The translations under genes and the position numbers were made by a program. From assembly GCA_038063715.1 (NCBI GenBank), contig JBBTUO010000017.1, positions 22,518 to 86,517 on the forward strand: DNA of 64,000 bases, written 5' to 3'. This document shows positions 18,800 through 27,955 of the stretch, in pieces. How positions within the stretch are numbered: position 1 is the first letter of the stretch; each line of letters starts with the position of its first letter. The notes beneath the pieces are model-generated. The model was not told the origin of the DNA. It saw only the letters and a list, made by a program, of their open reading frames with translations, and ran no database searches. Source of the stretch: Patescibacteria group bacterium. Its GTDB lineage: Bacteria > Patescibacteriota > Minisyncoccia > Phycocordibacterales > SIBU01.

Positions 18800-19815
18800 C
18801 ATCCGCAACAGTCTCGTTACAACGTCATTTCTGCACCCTTTTCGATAGAGGGTTTTTGTTTAAAGGGTTAGCCCTTTATAAATCCTTAATGAAACATGCT
18901 GTAAATTTTACCTTATGGATTTTGTGCATGGATACCGAAACCTATAATGTACTAAAACAGCTTAATCTTCCGAACGTACGCCTCCTGACACTCTCTGACG
19001 TGGAGGATGAACAACTCCAAACCGCCAAACAAAACCGTAGTTCACGAAAATACTGCTTTACGCTATCCCCATCGCTCCCCCTCTACATTCTTAAAAATCA
19101 CGATATAGAAAGTATTAGCTACCTAGATGCGGACTTGTACTTTTTTAGCTCTCCGGAGGTTATATATAAAGAGATGGAAAGTAAATCAATTATGATAATT
19201 CCTCACCACCTCGGGCCAACACGGAAAGAAAAAGAAAAGGAGGTCGGCAAGTACAACGTCGGGATGCTAATATTTAAAAAAGATGAGAACGGACTTGCTT
19301 GTCTACGATGGTGGCGTGAACAATGCATTCTGTACTGCGATGACCAGATCCGGCCGGGACACTACGACGACCAAAAGTTCCTTGATTATTTTGAAGAAAA
19401 ATTCAAAGGCGTACACGTGCTAAAAAATCGCGGAGCAAATCTCGCACCATGGAATATTGAGCGTGACAAAATACACATACAGAAAAATATTGTTTTTGTT
19501 GGCAACGACCCGCTAGTATTCTTCCACTTTTCAGGCTTCCAATTGTACGAAAAATCCTTTATGCTACCCTACGGGCCCTACACTTTCCACGAATATACGC
19601 GCTCTTCGCTCTTTAAAGATTTCATCTACAAACCGTACTCTAATTGCTTGTATCAAACATTAAACGATATCCGCCGGATAAGACCTCTATGGAATTACGG
19701 GCTGACGCCCCGACCGAAATTGTTAAAAAGTCTTGAGCAACTTTTTTACAACAGCCTATACTTCCCCACTTGGCGGCTCGCAAAAAAAATAACATCACTA
19801 CTCAAGAACAAATAA
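18796..19815 (+). CDS. Putative GT-A fold glycosyltransferase (nucleotide-diphospho-sugar transferase, DxD motif)
   Basis: An LDADLYFF DxD-containing segment follows a Rossmann-like N-terminal half. Placement in a glycan operon supports the call, but the assignment is tentative. Confidence 0.4.
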   Translation: MTSATVSLQRHFCTLFDRGFLFKGLALYKSLMKHAVNFTLWILCMDTETYNVLKQLNLPNVRLLTLSDVEDEQLQTAKQNRSSRKYCFTLSPSLPLYILKNHDIESISYLDADLYFFSSPEVIYKEMESKSIMIIPHHLGPTRKEKEKEVGKYNVGMLIFKKDENGLACLRWWREQCILYCDDQIRPGHYDDQKFLDYFEEKFKGVHVLKNRGANLAPWNIERDKIHIQKNIVFVGNDPLVFFHFSGFQLYEKSFMLPYGPYTFHEYTRSSLFKDFIYKPYSNCLYQTLNDIRRIRPLWNYGLTPRPKLLKSLEQLFYNSLYFPTWRLAKKITSLLKNK

Positions 19816-19821
19816 AATCAT

Positions 19822-20256
19822 ATGGAAAAAACAAACAACGAACTTCCCGAAGGCTCCGCCATAATCAAATTACCATCCTTTAGTGGTAAAGGTGGAATTT
19901 TGACAATGATACAGCGCGGAGAAAAATTAAATGAAGTGCCGTTTGAAATTGAAAGAGTGCTAGTTACCACTTGCGGGCAAAGTAGCGAGGAAAGAGGGGC
20001 TCACACTCATCACGAGTCTCGGCAAATCTTTTTTGTCCTATCAGGTGGGTGCACCATTTTACTTGATAATGGCAAGGACAAGTCATCGGTAACCCTGACA
20101 AACGCCTCGGAAGGCCTTCTCATGGAACCATACGTCTGGCACGTGATGAAAGATTTTAAGGAAAACACGGTCACGCTCGCCCTCTTTAATACAGTTTATG
20201 ACGAAAAAGATTACATTAGAAATTATGAAGAATTCCTAAAATGCCTAAAAAAATAA
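19822..20256 (+). CDS. WxcM/FdtA-like cupin sugar 3,4-ketoisomerase (NDP-4-keto-6-deoxyhexose 3,4-isomerase)
   Basis: 144 aa cupin with a ..PFEIERVLVTT....RGAHTHHESRQIFFVLSGGCTILLDNG.. pattern typical of FdtA/QdtA. It is immediately followed by a DegT aminotransferase, the classic FdtA-FdtB pairing. Confidence 0.62.
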   Translation: MEKTNNELPEGSAIIKLPSFSGKGGILTMIQRGEKLNEVPFEIERVLVTTCGQSSEERGAHTHHESRQIFFVLSGGCTILLDNGKDKSSVTLTNASEGLLMEPYVWHVMKDFKENTVTLALFNTVYDEKDYIRNYEEFLKCLKK

Positions 20257-21347
20257 CAGTGCCGTCATTCGACACCACTCGACAAGTAAAAGAAATCCGA
20301 CGGGAGATAAATGCGGCCTTAAAAAAAGTGTTGGACTCTGGAAAATTTGTCATGGGCAATGAAGTGAATATGTTCGAGACCGAATTCAGCACCTACATAG
20401 GTACACGCTACGGCATAGGGGTAAATTCAGGCACTGACGCCCTTAAAATCGCTCTAAAGGCCTTCGGAGTGGGCATTGGAGATGAGGTCATTACAGCCAC
20501 AAATACAGCCACTCCGACAGTAAGTGCTATCCGAGAAACCGGAGCTACCCCCGTCTTGGTAGACAGTGATGAATACCACCTAATTGATGTCAAAAAGATT
20601 GAATCGGCCATCACTTCCAAAACAAAAGCACTTATCCCCGTCCATCTATACGGCCAATCTGCCGACATGGTCACCATCATGAGGATAGCCAATAAACACA
20701 ATCTCAAAGTGATCGAAGACTGCGCCCAGTCAACAGGTGCGACAATAGGAAAGAAAAAGTCAGGAACCTTCGGACATGCATCCTGTTTCAGCTTCTTCCC
20801 CACCAAAAATCTAGGCGCTCTAGGCGATGGTGGCATTATCCTAACTAACGACAAAGACATTGCAGACATCTGCAAACGGCTTCGCCGATACGGCATGGAC
20901 GCCACATATTACGCCCACATCGAAGGTTACAACAGCCGACTTCAGGAATTTCAGGCGGCCATTCTCCGTATAAAGTTGTCCCGTCTTAATTCTTACAACA
21001 AACGAAGACAGGAGATCGCGGCGCGTTATATGTCAGAAGTAAAAAATCCTACCGTGAAAATACCGAGGTCAAAAAAGGGCTTCTCGCATATCTTCCATCA
21101 GTTCGTGATCGAAGCGGCAAACCGTGAGAAGTTTTTGGAACATCTTAAAGTTAATGATGTGGGCTATGGCATTCATTATCCGTTCCCTATTCATCTCCAA
21201 AAGGCCTATGAATTCTTGGGTTATAAAAGCGGTTCTTTTCCAATAGCCGAAGCGGCGGCCCAAAGAATTGTTTCTCTGCCGATCTTTCCTGAACTTACAG
21301 AAAAAGAAATAGGTCACGTCATAGCGACCATCAATAGCTTCAAATAG
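20241..21347 (+). CDS. DegT/DnrJ/EryC1/StrS family PLP-dependent sugar aminotransferase
   Basis: 368 aa with the family-typical organisation, a conserved lysine region (SFFPTKNLGALGDGG) and GNEVNMFETEF. Confidence 0.88.
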   Translation: MPKKITVPSFDTTRQVKEIRREINAALKKVLDSGKFVMGNEVNMFETEFSTYIGTRYGIGVNSGTDALKIALKAFGVGIGDEVITATNTATPTVSAIRETGATPVLVDSDEYHLIDVKKIESAITSKTKALIPVHLYGQSADMVTIMRIANKHNLKVIEDCAQSTGATIGKKKSGTFGHASCFSFFPTKNLGALGDGGIILTNDKDIADICKRLRRYGMDATYYAHIEGYNSRLQEFQAAILRIKLSRLNSYNKRRQEIAARYMSEVKNPTVKIPRSKKGFSHIFHQFVIEAANREKFLEHLKVNDVGYGIHYPFPIHLQKAYEFLGYKSGSFPIAEAAAQRIVSLPIFPELTEKEIGHVIATINSFK

Positions 21348-21359
21348 CTTTATACTGCT

Positions 21360-22325
21360 TTACTTCTTGCCGACAGTTTTCTTGAAAATCTGGATGTTGT
21401 AGTATTTTTCTTCGGAAAAATCAAAGCCCTTACCTATGTTTGCATCCAACTCGGCTAAAATCGATTCAATGGTCTCTTTCGGTTTGAACCCCAAAATCTT
21501 CTCGGCTTTGCCGGTCAAGATCTTATAGTTACGGTTATCAGTGATATTTTTCACATCAACAACAAGAGATGCGCCGTATTTTTTGTTAAAATGCTCCGCC
21601 ACTTTTTTGCCAACATCTCCAACGGTAAAATTACCAGATGAAATGTTGAAAATTCCACTCACTGTATGAGGCGCCGAGATTGCGAGCCGGTACGCATGTA
21701 TCACATCATTCATACCAAGAATCGGACGCCAAATTGAGGGATTATTGATCGTGATCTTTTTTTCCGTCATGGCTTTCATGTACATTGTATTGACGATCAG
21801 ATCAAACCTCATGCGCGGAGCCCATCCTGAAATGGTGCCTTTACGAAGACTGATAACCGAAAAATTCTCATCGGCAAGATACATGGATCCGCACTCTCCC
21901 TGAAACTTGGATATACCGTACGGAAACGAGCTCCGAGGCGTAGAATCCTCGCTCCGAGGCTTACTATCAGTAAACCCGTATACAGAAGCGGAAGAAGCGT
22001 AAATAAAACGTCTTACTCCTGCGCATTTACTGATATAGGCAAGATACGAGGGCGCGGCACTATTATAAATAAAATTTTGCGATGGAGAATGATCGGCCAT
22101 CGGGTCATTTGAAAGACCGGCAAGAAAGATTGTTTGATCAAAACCCGCGAGCGCGGACTCATCAATATCAAAAATGTCCTTTTTAAGGATTTTTACTTTT
22201 TTAGGAAGCGTGTTTCCAAACCATAATATATCTAGAACCGTGATATCGTGATTATCCTTTAGAAGCTCCGGGATAAGCCTTGATCCAACATACCCGGCAC
22301 CGCCAGCGATAAATATTTTTGCCAT
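21360..22325 (-). CDS. NAD-dependent epimerase/dehydratase family protein (extended SDR)
   Basis: IFIAGGAGYVGSRL Rossmann motif and YGISK catalytic Tyr/Lys. The likely true start is MAKIF at 22325, inside the longer ORF call that extends to 22370. Confidence 0.72.
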   Translation of the reverse strand: MAKIFIAGGAGYVGSRLIPELLKDNHDITVLDILWFGNTLPKKVKILKKDIFDIDESALAGFDQTIFLAGLSNDPMADHSPSQNFIYNSAAPSYLAYISKCAGVRRFIYASSASVYGFTDSKPRSEDSTPRSSFPYGISKFQGECGSMYLADENFSVISLRKGTISGWAPRMRFDLIVNTMYMKAMTEKKITINNPSIWRPILGMNDVIHAYRLAISAPHTVSGIFNISSGNFTVGDVGKKVAEHFNKKYGASLVVDVKNITDNRNYKILTGKAEKILGFKPKETIESILAELDANIGKGFDFSEEKYYNIQIFKKTVGKK

Positions 22326-22379
22326 AAGAACGTAATCATAGCAAAGGATTTGAAGATTTTCAATTAGCAAATACTGGGC

Positions 22380-22385
22380 TATAAT
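22380..22385 (+). promoter_or_regulatory. -10 hexamer TATAAT 7 nt upstream of the GTG start of the carbamoyltransferase (leaderless-type arrangement)
   Basis: ggcTATAATcagatgcGTG. No convincing -35 was found. Confidence 0.35.
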
Positions 22386-22392
22386 CAGATGC

Positions 22393-24258
22393 GTGAAAAC
22401 ATATATTCTTGGAATTTCAGCATACTACCACGATTCCTCGGCAGCACTGCTGTGCAATGGAGAAATTATCGCCGCTGCTCAAGAGGAAAGATTTTCTAGA
22501 AAAAAAGCGGACCCAAGATTCCCCAAATCATCTATTGAATACTGCCTCGCTGAAGCCAGAATTGGAATTGAAGACATTGACCATGTAGTATTTTATGAAA
22601 ATTCTTTAAGAAAATTCGAGAGGCTCTGTGAGTCGTATTTCGCGTTTGTACCCCGTGGTTTTGATTTCTTCAAACATTCATTTCGAACATGGTCAAGCTC
22701 AAAATTACAGACAAAAAACAACATTCTGAAAGAGCTGGGTGGTAAATTTTGTGGAGAATTCCACTTCACGGAACATCACGCTTCTCATGCGGCGAGCGCC
22801 TTCTTCCCATCTCCTTATGACGAAGCGGCGATTCTCACAATTGACGCTGTCGGAGAATGGTCAACAAGCTCTCTAGCTTACGGAAACGACCATAACATCA
22901 AAATGCTGAAAGAAATGCGTTTCCCGCATTCTCTGGGGATGCTCTACTCGGCATTTACCTATTACACTGGATTTAAGGTCAACTCGGGCGAGTATAAACT
23001 TATGGGACTTGCCCCTTACGGACGACCTTTATATGCTGACCTTATTAAAAAAAATCTCATTGAGATATATCCTGACGGATCGTTATGGATGGATATGAGC
23101 TATTTCAATTACTGTTATGGTTCTACCATGACCTCGCCTAAATTTCATCAATTGTTTGGCGGATCGCCTCGAGCGCCGGAAACCGATATCCAGCAAAAAG
23201 ACATGGACATAGCAGCCTCCATTCAAGCAGTAACCGAAGAAATAATCATAAAGATGGCCCAATATGCACAAAAAGAGACAGGATCAAAAAATCTTGTTTT
23301 AGCCGGAGGGGTGGCCTTAAATTGCGTCGCGAATGGGAAATTGTTACGAGAAGGACCTTTCGAAAACATCTGGGTACAGCCAGCCGCAGGGGACGCCGGA
23401 GGCTCTTTAGGCGCCGCCTTACTTTTCTGGCACCAAAAATTAAGCAACACGAGAATACCACAAAAAACTGACTCCCAGAAAGGTACCATTTTGGGACCCA
23501 CATTTTCAAATAGTGATATAAAAAGTATATTGGATAGTCGTACACTACACTATGAATATTTCGCGGATGAATCGAAGTTGTTGGAAGCGGTAACGGAAGC
23601 ACTGACTGAAGAAAAAATAATCGGCTGGTTTCAAGGCCGAATGGAATACGGGCCACGATCGCTAGGATGTCGAAGCATTATCGGCGATGCACGATCTCAA
23701 AAAATGCAACAGATCATGAATCTTAAAATAAAATTCCGAGAGTCCTTCCGGCCATTCGCTCCAAGCGTGCTGAAAGAATTTGCTCACGAAATTTTTGAAG
23801 TTACGCCCGAAGTCGACGATCCGTATATGCTCTTCGTAGCTCCGATAAAAGAAAATTGCAAACGACAGTTGACCGCGGAAGAGAAAACCAAAATGCAAGA
23901 TCCCGACTTAAGAATCAGGGTAACTGTTCCCCGCTCAAAATATCCCGCGATTACCCACGTTGACTATTCTGCAAGAATTCAAACGGTAGATGAAAAGAGG
24001 CATGGGCGCTATTACCGTTTGATAAAAAAATTCCATGAAAAAACCGGCTCTCCCCTTATAGTCAATACCAGCTTTAATATCCGTGGCGAGCCAATAGTGT
24101 GCGATCCCGAAGACGCTATACTCTGTTTTTTAGCAACAGATATGGACTGTTTAGTAATGGAAAATTTTATCATTAAGAAAGAAGAGCAAGACAAAAATTT
24201 GCTTGCATACGCGAATCTTTCCAGGGAGCGCCATAAAAAAATGTACGCTCTAGATTAA
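22393..24258 (+). CDS. NodU/CmcH-family O-carbamoyltransferase
   Basis: ILGISAYYHDSSAALLCNGEIIAAAQEERFSRKK is the hallmark N-terminus. The C-terminal YrdC-like half is present, 621 aa. The start codon is GTG. Confidence 0.9.
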   Translation: MKTYILGISAYYHDSSAALLCNGEIIAAAQEERFSRKKADPRFPKSSIEYCLAEARIGIEDIDHVVFYENSLRKFERLCESYFAFVPRGFDFFKHSFRTWSSSKLQTKNNILKELGGKFCGEFHFTEHHASHAASAFFPSPYDEAAILTIDAVGEWSTSSLAYGNDHNIKMLKEMRFPHSLGMLYSAFTYYTGFKVNSGEYKLMGLAPYGRPLYADLIKKNLIEIYPDGSLWMDMSYFNYCYGSTMTSPKFHQLFGGSPRAPETDIQQKDMDIAASIQAVTEEIIIKMAQYAQKETGSKNLVLAGGVALNCVANGKLLREGPFENIWVQPAAGDAGGSLGAALLFWHQKLSNTRIPQKTDSQKGTILGPTFSNSDIKSILDSRTLHYEYFADESKLLEAVTEALTEEKIIGWFQGRMEYGPRSLGCRSIIGDARSQKMQQIMNLKIKFRESFRPFAPSVLKEFAHEIFEVTPEVDDPYMLFVAPIKENCKRQLTAEEKTKMQDPDLRIRVTVPRSKYPAITHVDYSARIQTVDEKRHGRYYRLIKKFHEKTGSPLIVNTSFNIRGEPIVCDPEDAILCFLATDMDCLVMENFIIKKEEQDKNLLAYANLSRERHKKMYALD

Positions 24259-24265
24259 AATAGTT

Positions 24266-24628
24266 ATGAATTTTATCCAAAAAATCTGGTCAAAAATATC
24301 ACGCCGAATACTGAAACTCGGGCGTAATTACGTTTTGATAATTTTGTATTATGTTATGTTACCCATCATAGCTTTAGCGGGTTCCAAATTAGTTCTTAAA
24401 AAGTCTACGGAAAAAAGTCTTTGGCTAAAGTGGGGTGACAAAATAAATCCAGATATGGCCCCTGCGCAGATTAAAAAGGGTTGGATTGTGAACTTTTTCT
24501 CTTGGACTTTTAAATCTGGCAATCTCTGGGCCATATTTTTATTGCCCTTTATTCTGATCGTGAAAGCAACCGAAGACCCTTCCAGCACAACTTCACCGGA
24601 ACTAGCAATGATTTATACACTTTTCTGA
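24266..24628 (+). CDS. Small membrane protein of unknown function (possibly the SxtJ-like partner of carbamoyltransferases)
   Basis: 120 aa with 2-3 hydrophobic helices, translationally coupled to the carbamoyltransferase. Confidence 0.35.
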   Translation: MNFIQKIWSKISRRILKLGRNYVLIILYYVMLPIIALAGSKLVLKKSTEKSLWLKWGDKINPDMAPAQIKKGWIVNFFSWTFKSGNLWAIFLLPFILIVKATEDPSSTTSPELAMIYTLF

Positions 24629-24630
24629 TT

Positions 24631-25659
24631 ATGCTTTACATCCGTCTCATTTTGTCACTAATAGCCTCCATCATTGGAATTATACTAATAATTCCAGGTT
24701 TAATGCTCATGTTTCCGTTCTGGTTTGTTTCTCTTGTTGCCAAAATGGTCGCAAAATTCAAACCCACATTGTCAACATGGGAAGATATAATCGAATTCGA
24801 CCCAGAGCTTGGCTGGCGCTCTAAACCAAATATTGATGCGCACATGGATGTAGACGGAATATATCATATTACCGTAGGTCCCGATGGGTGGAGAGGCAAC
24901 CAAAGCCTGAAAAAAAGTGACACTATTGTCATCGGCGACTCATTTGTGTTTGGGCAAGGTACAGATGACAAAAATCATTTTGCTAACCTAACAAAACATA
25001 CTCAAGTCAAACCTATAGGAGCTCCAGGATATGGCGTTGTACATTATTTGCTTCTGTTAAAAAATCTGTCCTCGGAATTGAAAGGAAAATTGGTGCTGTG
25101 GTTTGTCTATACAGGCAACGACTACCGAGAAAGCGTCCGACCCAGTTCCTATGGCTATCATTTCCCTTTTGTTTTTCGCGATAATGCAACAGAAGCTTGG
25201 GAAATTCAAACATCTCACATACGAGATACGAAGTTACCTTTTCACTTCGAAAAGGGTTATAAAGTATCGATACCGGAACTTGCTGATCTTTTTTCCAAAA
25301 ATTACTTTTCCGATTATGCCTATGGGGCATTTGAGTATCTGGTCGTCGAAGCCAAAAAACACTGCGAAACTCATGGAGCAAAGTTTGCAGTTGTTACCCT
25401 GCCCATTAAGTGGTGTTTGGACGACAGTTACCTGCACAAATTGAAACGCCATTCAGGCAATCCAGAAAACTTTTCTCTGAAATACCCTGACGAGCAAGCA
25501 GGGATTATTTGCAAACGGCACGGAATAACTTTTAAAGCTGGCTCGAGCGAATTTACCACCGAAGACTTTCTGCCAAACGATCTGCACTGGTCTCAAGGTG
25601 GCAACAAAAAAGCCGCTAAAATTATTGATGTATTGCATAAAGATTTCACTTCGAAATAA
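24631..25659 (+). CDS. Membrane-anchored SGNH/GDSL-type hydrolase-like protein
   Basis: An N-terminal TM helix, then a VIGDSFVFGQG (GDS-x) block and a distal DxxH-like region. Confidence 0.45.
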   Translation: MLYIRLILSLIASIIGIILIIPGLMLMFPFWFVSLVAKMVAKFKPTLSTWEDIIEFDPELGWRSKPNIDAHMDVDGIYHITVGPDGWRGNQSLKKSDTIVIGDSFVFGQGTDDKNHFANLTKHTQVKPIGAPGYGVVHYLLLLKNLSSELKGKLVLWFVYTGNDYRESVRPSSYGYHFPFVFRDNATEAWEIQTSHIRDTKLPFHFEKGYKVSIPELADLFSKNYFSDYAYGAFEYLVVEAKKHCETHGAKFAVVTLPIKWCLDDSYLHKLKRHSGNPENFSLKYPDEQAGIICKRHGITFKAGSSEFTTEDFLPNDLHWSQGGNKKAAKIIDVLHKDFTSK

Positions 25660-25660
25660 A

Positions 25661-26530
25661 ATGATTATAGTCAAACTTCAAGGGGGCCTCGGTAATCAAA
25701 TGTTCCAGTACGCGCTGGGACGCAATCTTTCGCTTATCCATAATGTGCCTTTTAAAATTGACTATTCGTATTTAAAAACTTCCAACCAAAGTAACCGCTC
25801 ATTTAAACTTGACGGCTTTCAAATTCGTACCGAGGAGGCAACACAAAAAGAAGTGACCTCCTACACTGGGTTAAATCAAAAAATCTTGGACAGATTCCGC
25901 ACAAGCTCGAATAAAAAGCACATAAAGGAATCATTTCATGGATTTAACGAATATGTTTTGAGGCGCGGCGATGGTTATTTTGATGGCCATTGGAATATGC
26001 AAAGTGAAAAATATTTTCACCCCAATGAAACCGCAATTAGAAAGGATTTTCAACTTACAAAGCCTTTCGGGGCAGACGCGCAAAAAATTGCCGAGACAAT
26101 TGCGAAAGAACCGGCGTCAGTCAGTCTACACATCCGCCGTGGCGACTATGTGTCAATCTCTAAGGTTTCCGAAGTCCACGGTGTCCTACCACTCTCTTAC
26201 TATGAAACGGCCTGCGAGAAAATACTTGATAAATTTCCCAATGCGCATTTTTTTATATTTTCAGACGACATCGCGTGGGCTAAGGAGAATTTCCCTAATA
26301 AGTACAGAGTTAGCTTTGTATCGGATCCAGAAATTACCGACCACGAGGAACTGATACTGATGAGTATGTGCCTGCACAACATCATTGCTAATTCTACTTT
26401 CAGCTGGTGGGGCGCTTGGCTCAATCAAAATCCGGAAAAAATTGTTGTTGCACCAACTCCTTGGTTTCAGTCCTCAACCCACAATACTGACAACATTGTC
26501 CCCGATAATTGGTGGAAAATTAAAATATAA
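25661..26530 (+). CDS. GT11 family alpha-1,2-fucosyltransferase
   Basis: MIIVKLQGGLGNQMFQYA, HIRRGDYV and IIANSTFSWWGAWLNQNPEKIVVAP closely match the conserved blocks of Helicobacter FutC-type alpha-1,2-FucTs. I chose the start at MIIVK. Confidence 0.85.
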   Translation: MIIVKLQGGLGNQMFQYALGRNLSLIHNVPFKIDYSYLKTSNQSNRSFKLDGFQIRTEEATQKEVTSYTGLNQKILDRFRTSSNKKHIKESFHGFNEYVLRRGDGYFDGHWNMQSEKYFHPNETAIRKDFQLTKPFGADAQKIAETIAKEPASVSLHIRRGDYVSISKVSEVHGVLPLSYYETACEKILDKFPNAHFFIFSDDIAWAKENFPNKYRVSFVSDPEITDHEELILMSMCLHNIIANSTFSWWGAWLNQNPEKIVVAPTPWFQSSTHNTDNIVPDNWWKIKI

Positions 26531-26541
26531 TTTATACTGGC

Positions 26542-27456
26542 GTGATGAAAGAAAAATACAAACTTCCAGAAAATTTGACGCATGATATGGGAGGCGAAGG
26601 CGACAATTTGGATGGCCGAATGAGGAATGTCCTGGAACTTCTAGAGGAGGCCCCGCTTGCCTCGCTTACAACAGTTTTAGATATCGGCGCGGGCAAAGGC
26701 CAAGTTCTAAAATGGTTTTCTCAAAGGGGTAAAAAATGCACGGGTATCGGGCTCGAAATAGAATCCTACGGCGCCAATCTCAAAGAATTTAAAGAAAAAC
26801 ATGATATTGATGTCGTAGAAGGCGCAATTGAAAAAATGCCTTTCCCTAAAAAATCTTTTGACGGGGTAGTAATGAGCCACATTCTTGAGCACTGTCCGAA
26901 TATCGGTCTCGCGCTAGCTGAAACAAAAAGAGTTCTGGCCGATAACGGCTGGCTTTTTATTTTCGTACCGCCACACGAGGATCGAATCGCGGGAGGACAT
27001 ATTGCCACAGGTTGGAATATCGGACAACTTATGTATGTACTGCTCGTAAATGGTTTTGACGTAAAAAATGGTAGGTTTATCAAATACGGCTACAACATCT
27101 GTGGTTTCGTTCAAAAAAATAAGCGGCCATTGCCGCCCCTGCGTCATGACCAGGGCGATGTGTACATTTTGCAAAAGGAAGGGTTTTTCCCTGCACCGAT
27201 TAAAACCGCCGATGGCCAAAATGACGGATACTTCGGGGATATAAAATCAATTAACTGGAATCCTGAATCGAAAATCATTCAAAAAATTAAAGGGGTTCCG
27301 AAAAATAACAATAAAATTCTATATGCGATAAAAATCAGCCTATTCAATATATCCAAGCACATCCCCGAAAGAGTAAAAGATGTTTTGAGTCTTCTATTGA
27401 GCAACCGGAAAAATGACGGAAACAATACAATAAACCCTGAAATACTCAGAGGTTAA
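26542..27456 (+). CDS. Class I SAM-dependent methyltransferase
   Basis: VLDIGAGKGQVLKWF motif I. The Methyltransf_11-like core ends at HILEHCP. Confidence 0.7.
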   Translation: MMKEKYKLPENLTHDMGGEGDNLDGRMRNVLELLEEAPLASLTTVLDIGAGKGQVLKWFSQRGKKCTGIGLEIESYGANLKEFKEKHDIDVVEGAIEKMPFPKKSFDGVVMSHILEHCPNIGLALAETKRVLADNGWLFIFVPPHEDRIAGGHIATGWNIGQLMYVLLVNGFDVKNGRFIKYGYNICGFVQKNKRPLPPLRHDQGDVYILQKEGFFPAPIKTADGQNDGYFGDIKSINWNPESKIIQKIKGVPKNNNKILYAIKISLFNISKHIPERVKDVLSLLLSNRKNDGNNTINPEILRG

Positions 27457-27955
27457 GGGTGGAAAGTATTTTTTCAATCTGGAGCGTATCCGTTGTTATT
27501 TTTATGCTCCTACATCCGGCCGCGACAGCAGCTATTGTGTCGCTGTCGTTATCCCCGATAGCAAAACTATTTTCAAGATCTATTCCCAGTTCTTTTGCAG
27601 CATACAGAAACATTCCCGAAGCGGGTTTACGGCACATGCATTTATCCGCTAAATCGTGCGGACAATAATAAAAAGCGTCTATATGAGCAGAGGTCTTTGC
27701 TAAATCATAATTCATCCGGATGTGTAATTTTTCAACAAAGTCGGCTGTCATTTTGCCCCTCGCAACCCCACGCTGATTACTTACGACAATGACCTTAAAC
27801 CCGAGATCGTTAATTTTTTTTATCAGTTCCTGCGCGCCCTGGTTCCAAAAAAATTCATCAAAATTTTTAACATAGTCATGTTCCGAAGGTTTCTTATTCA
27901 AAACCCCGTCTCGATCAAAAAACACTGCTCGATTTAATTTAGGCAAGATTTTCAT
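27446..27955 (-). CDS. gmhB: HAD-IIIA D,D-heptose 1,7-bisphosphate phosphatase-like (GmhB family)
   Basis: VFFDRDGVLN motif I, and DxxD.CxCRKP typical of GmhB/histidinol-phosphatase-like HAD. I set the start at MKILPK, shortening the ORF call. Confidence 0.72.
   Translation of the reverse strand: MKILPKLNRAVFFDRDGVLNKKPSEHDYVKNFDEFFWNQGAQELIKKINDLGFKVIVVSNQRGVARGKMTADFVEKLHIRMNYDLAKTSAHIDAFYYCPHDLADKCMCRKPASGMFLYAAKELGIDLENSFAIGDNDSDTIAAVAAGCRSIKITTDTLQIEKILSTLNL

Noticed and set aside
21360-22370. Long N-terminal extensions in the ORF calls at 21360-22370, 27446-28150, 27939-28694, 28715, 45378-46223, 48660-49697 and 55818-57332, as possible fusion domains or frameshifted pseudogenes
   Set aside because: In each case a conserved family N-terminus (Rossmann GxGxxG, HAD DxD, or a signal peptide) begins at an internal Met. 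The extension has no features, overlaps a neighbouring gene or contains promoter or terminator elements. I attribute these to ORF-caller over-extension, not gene decay.
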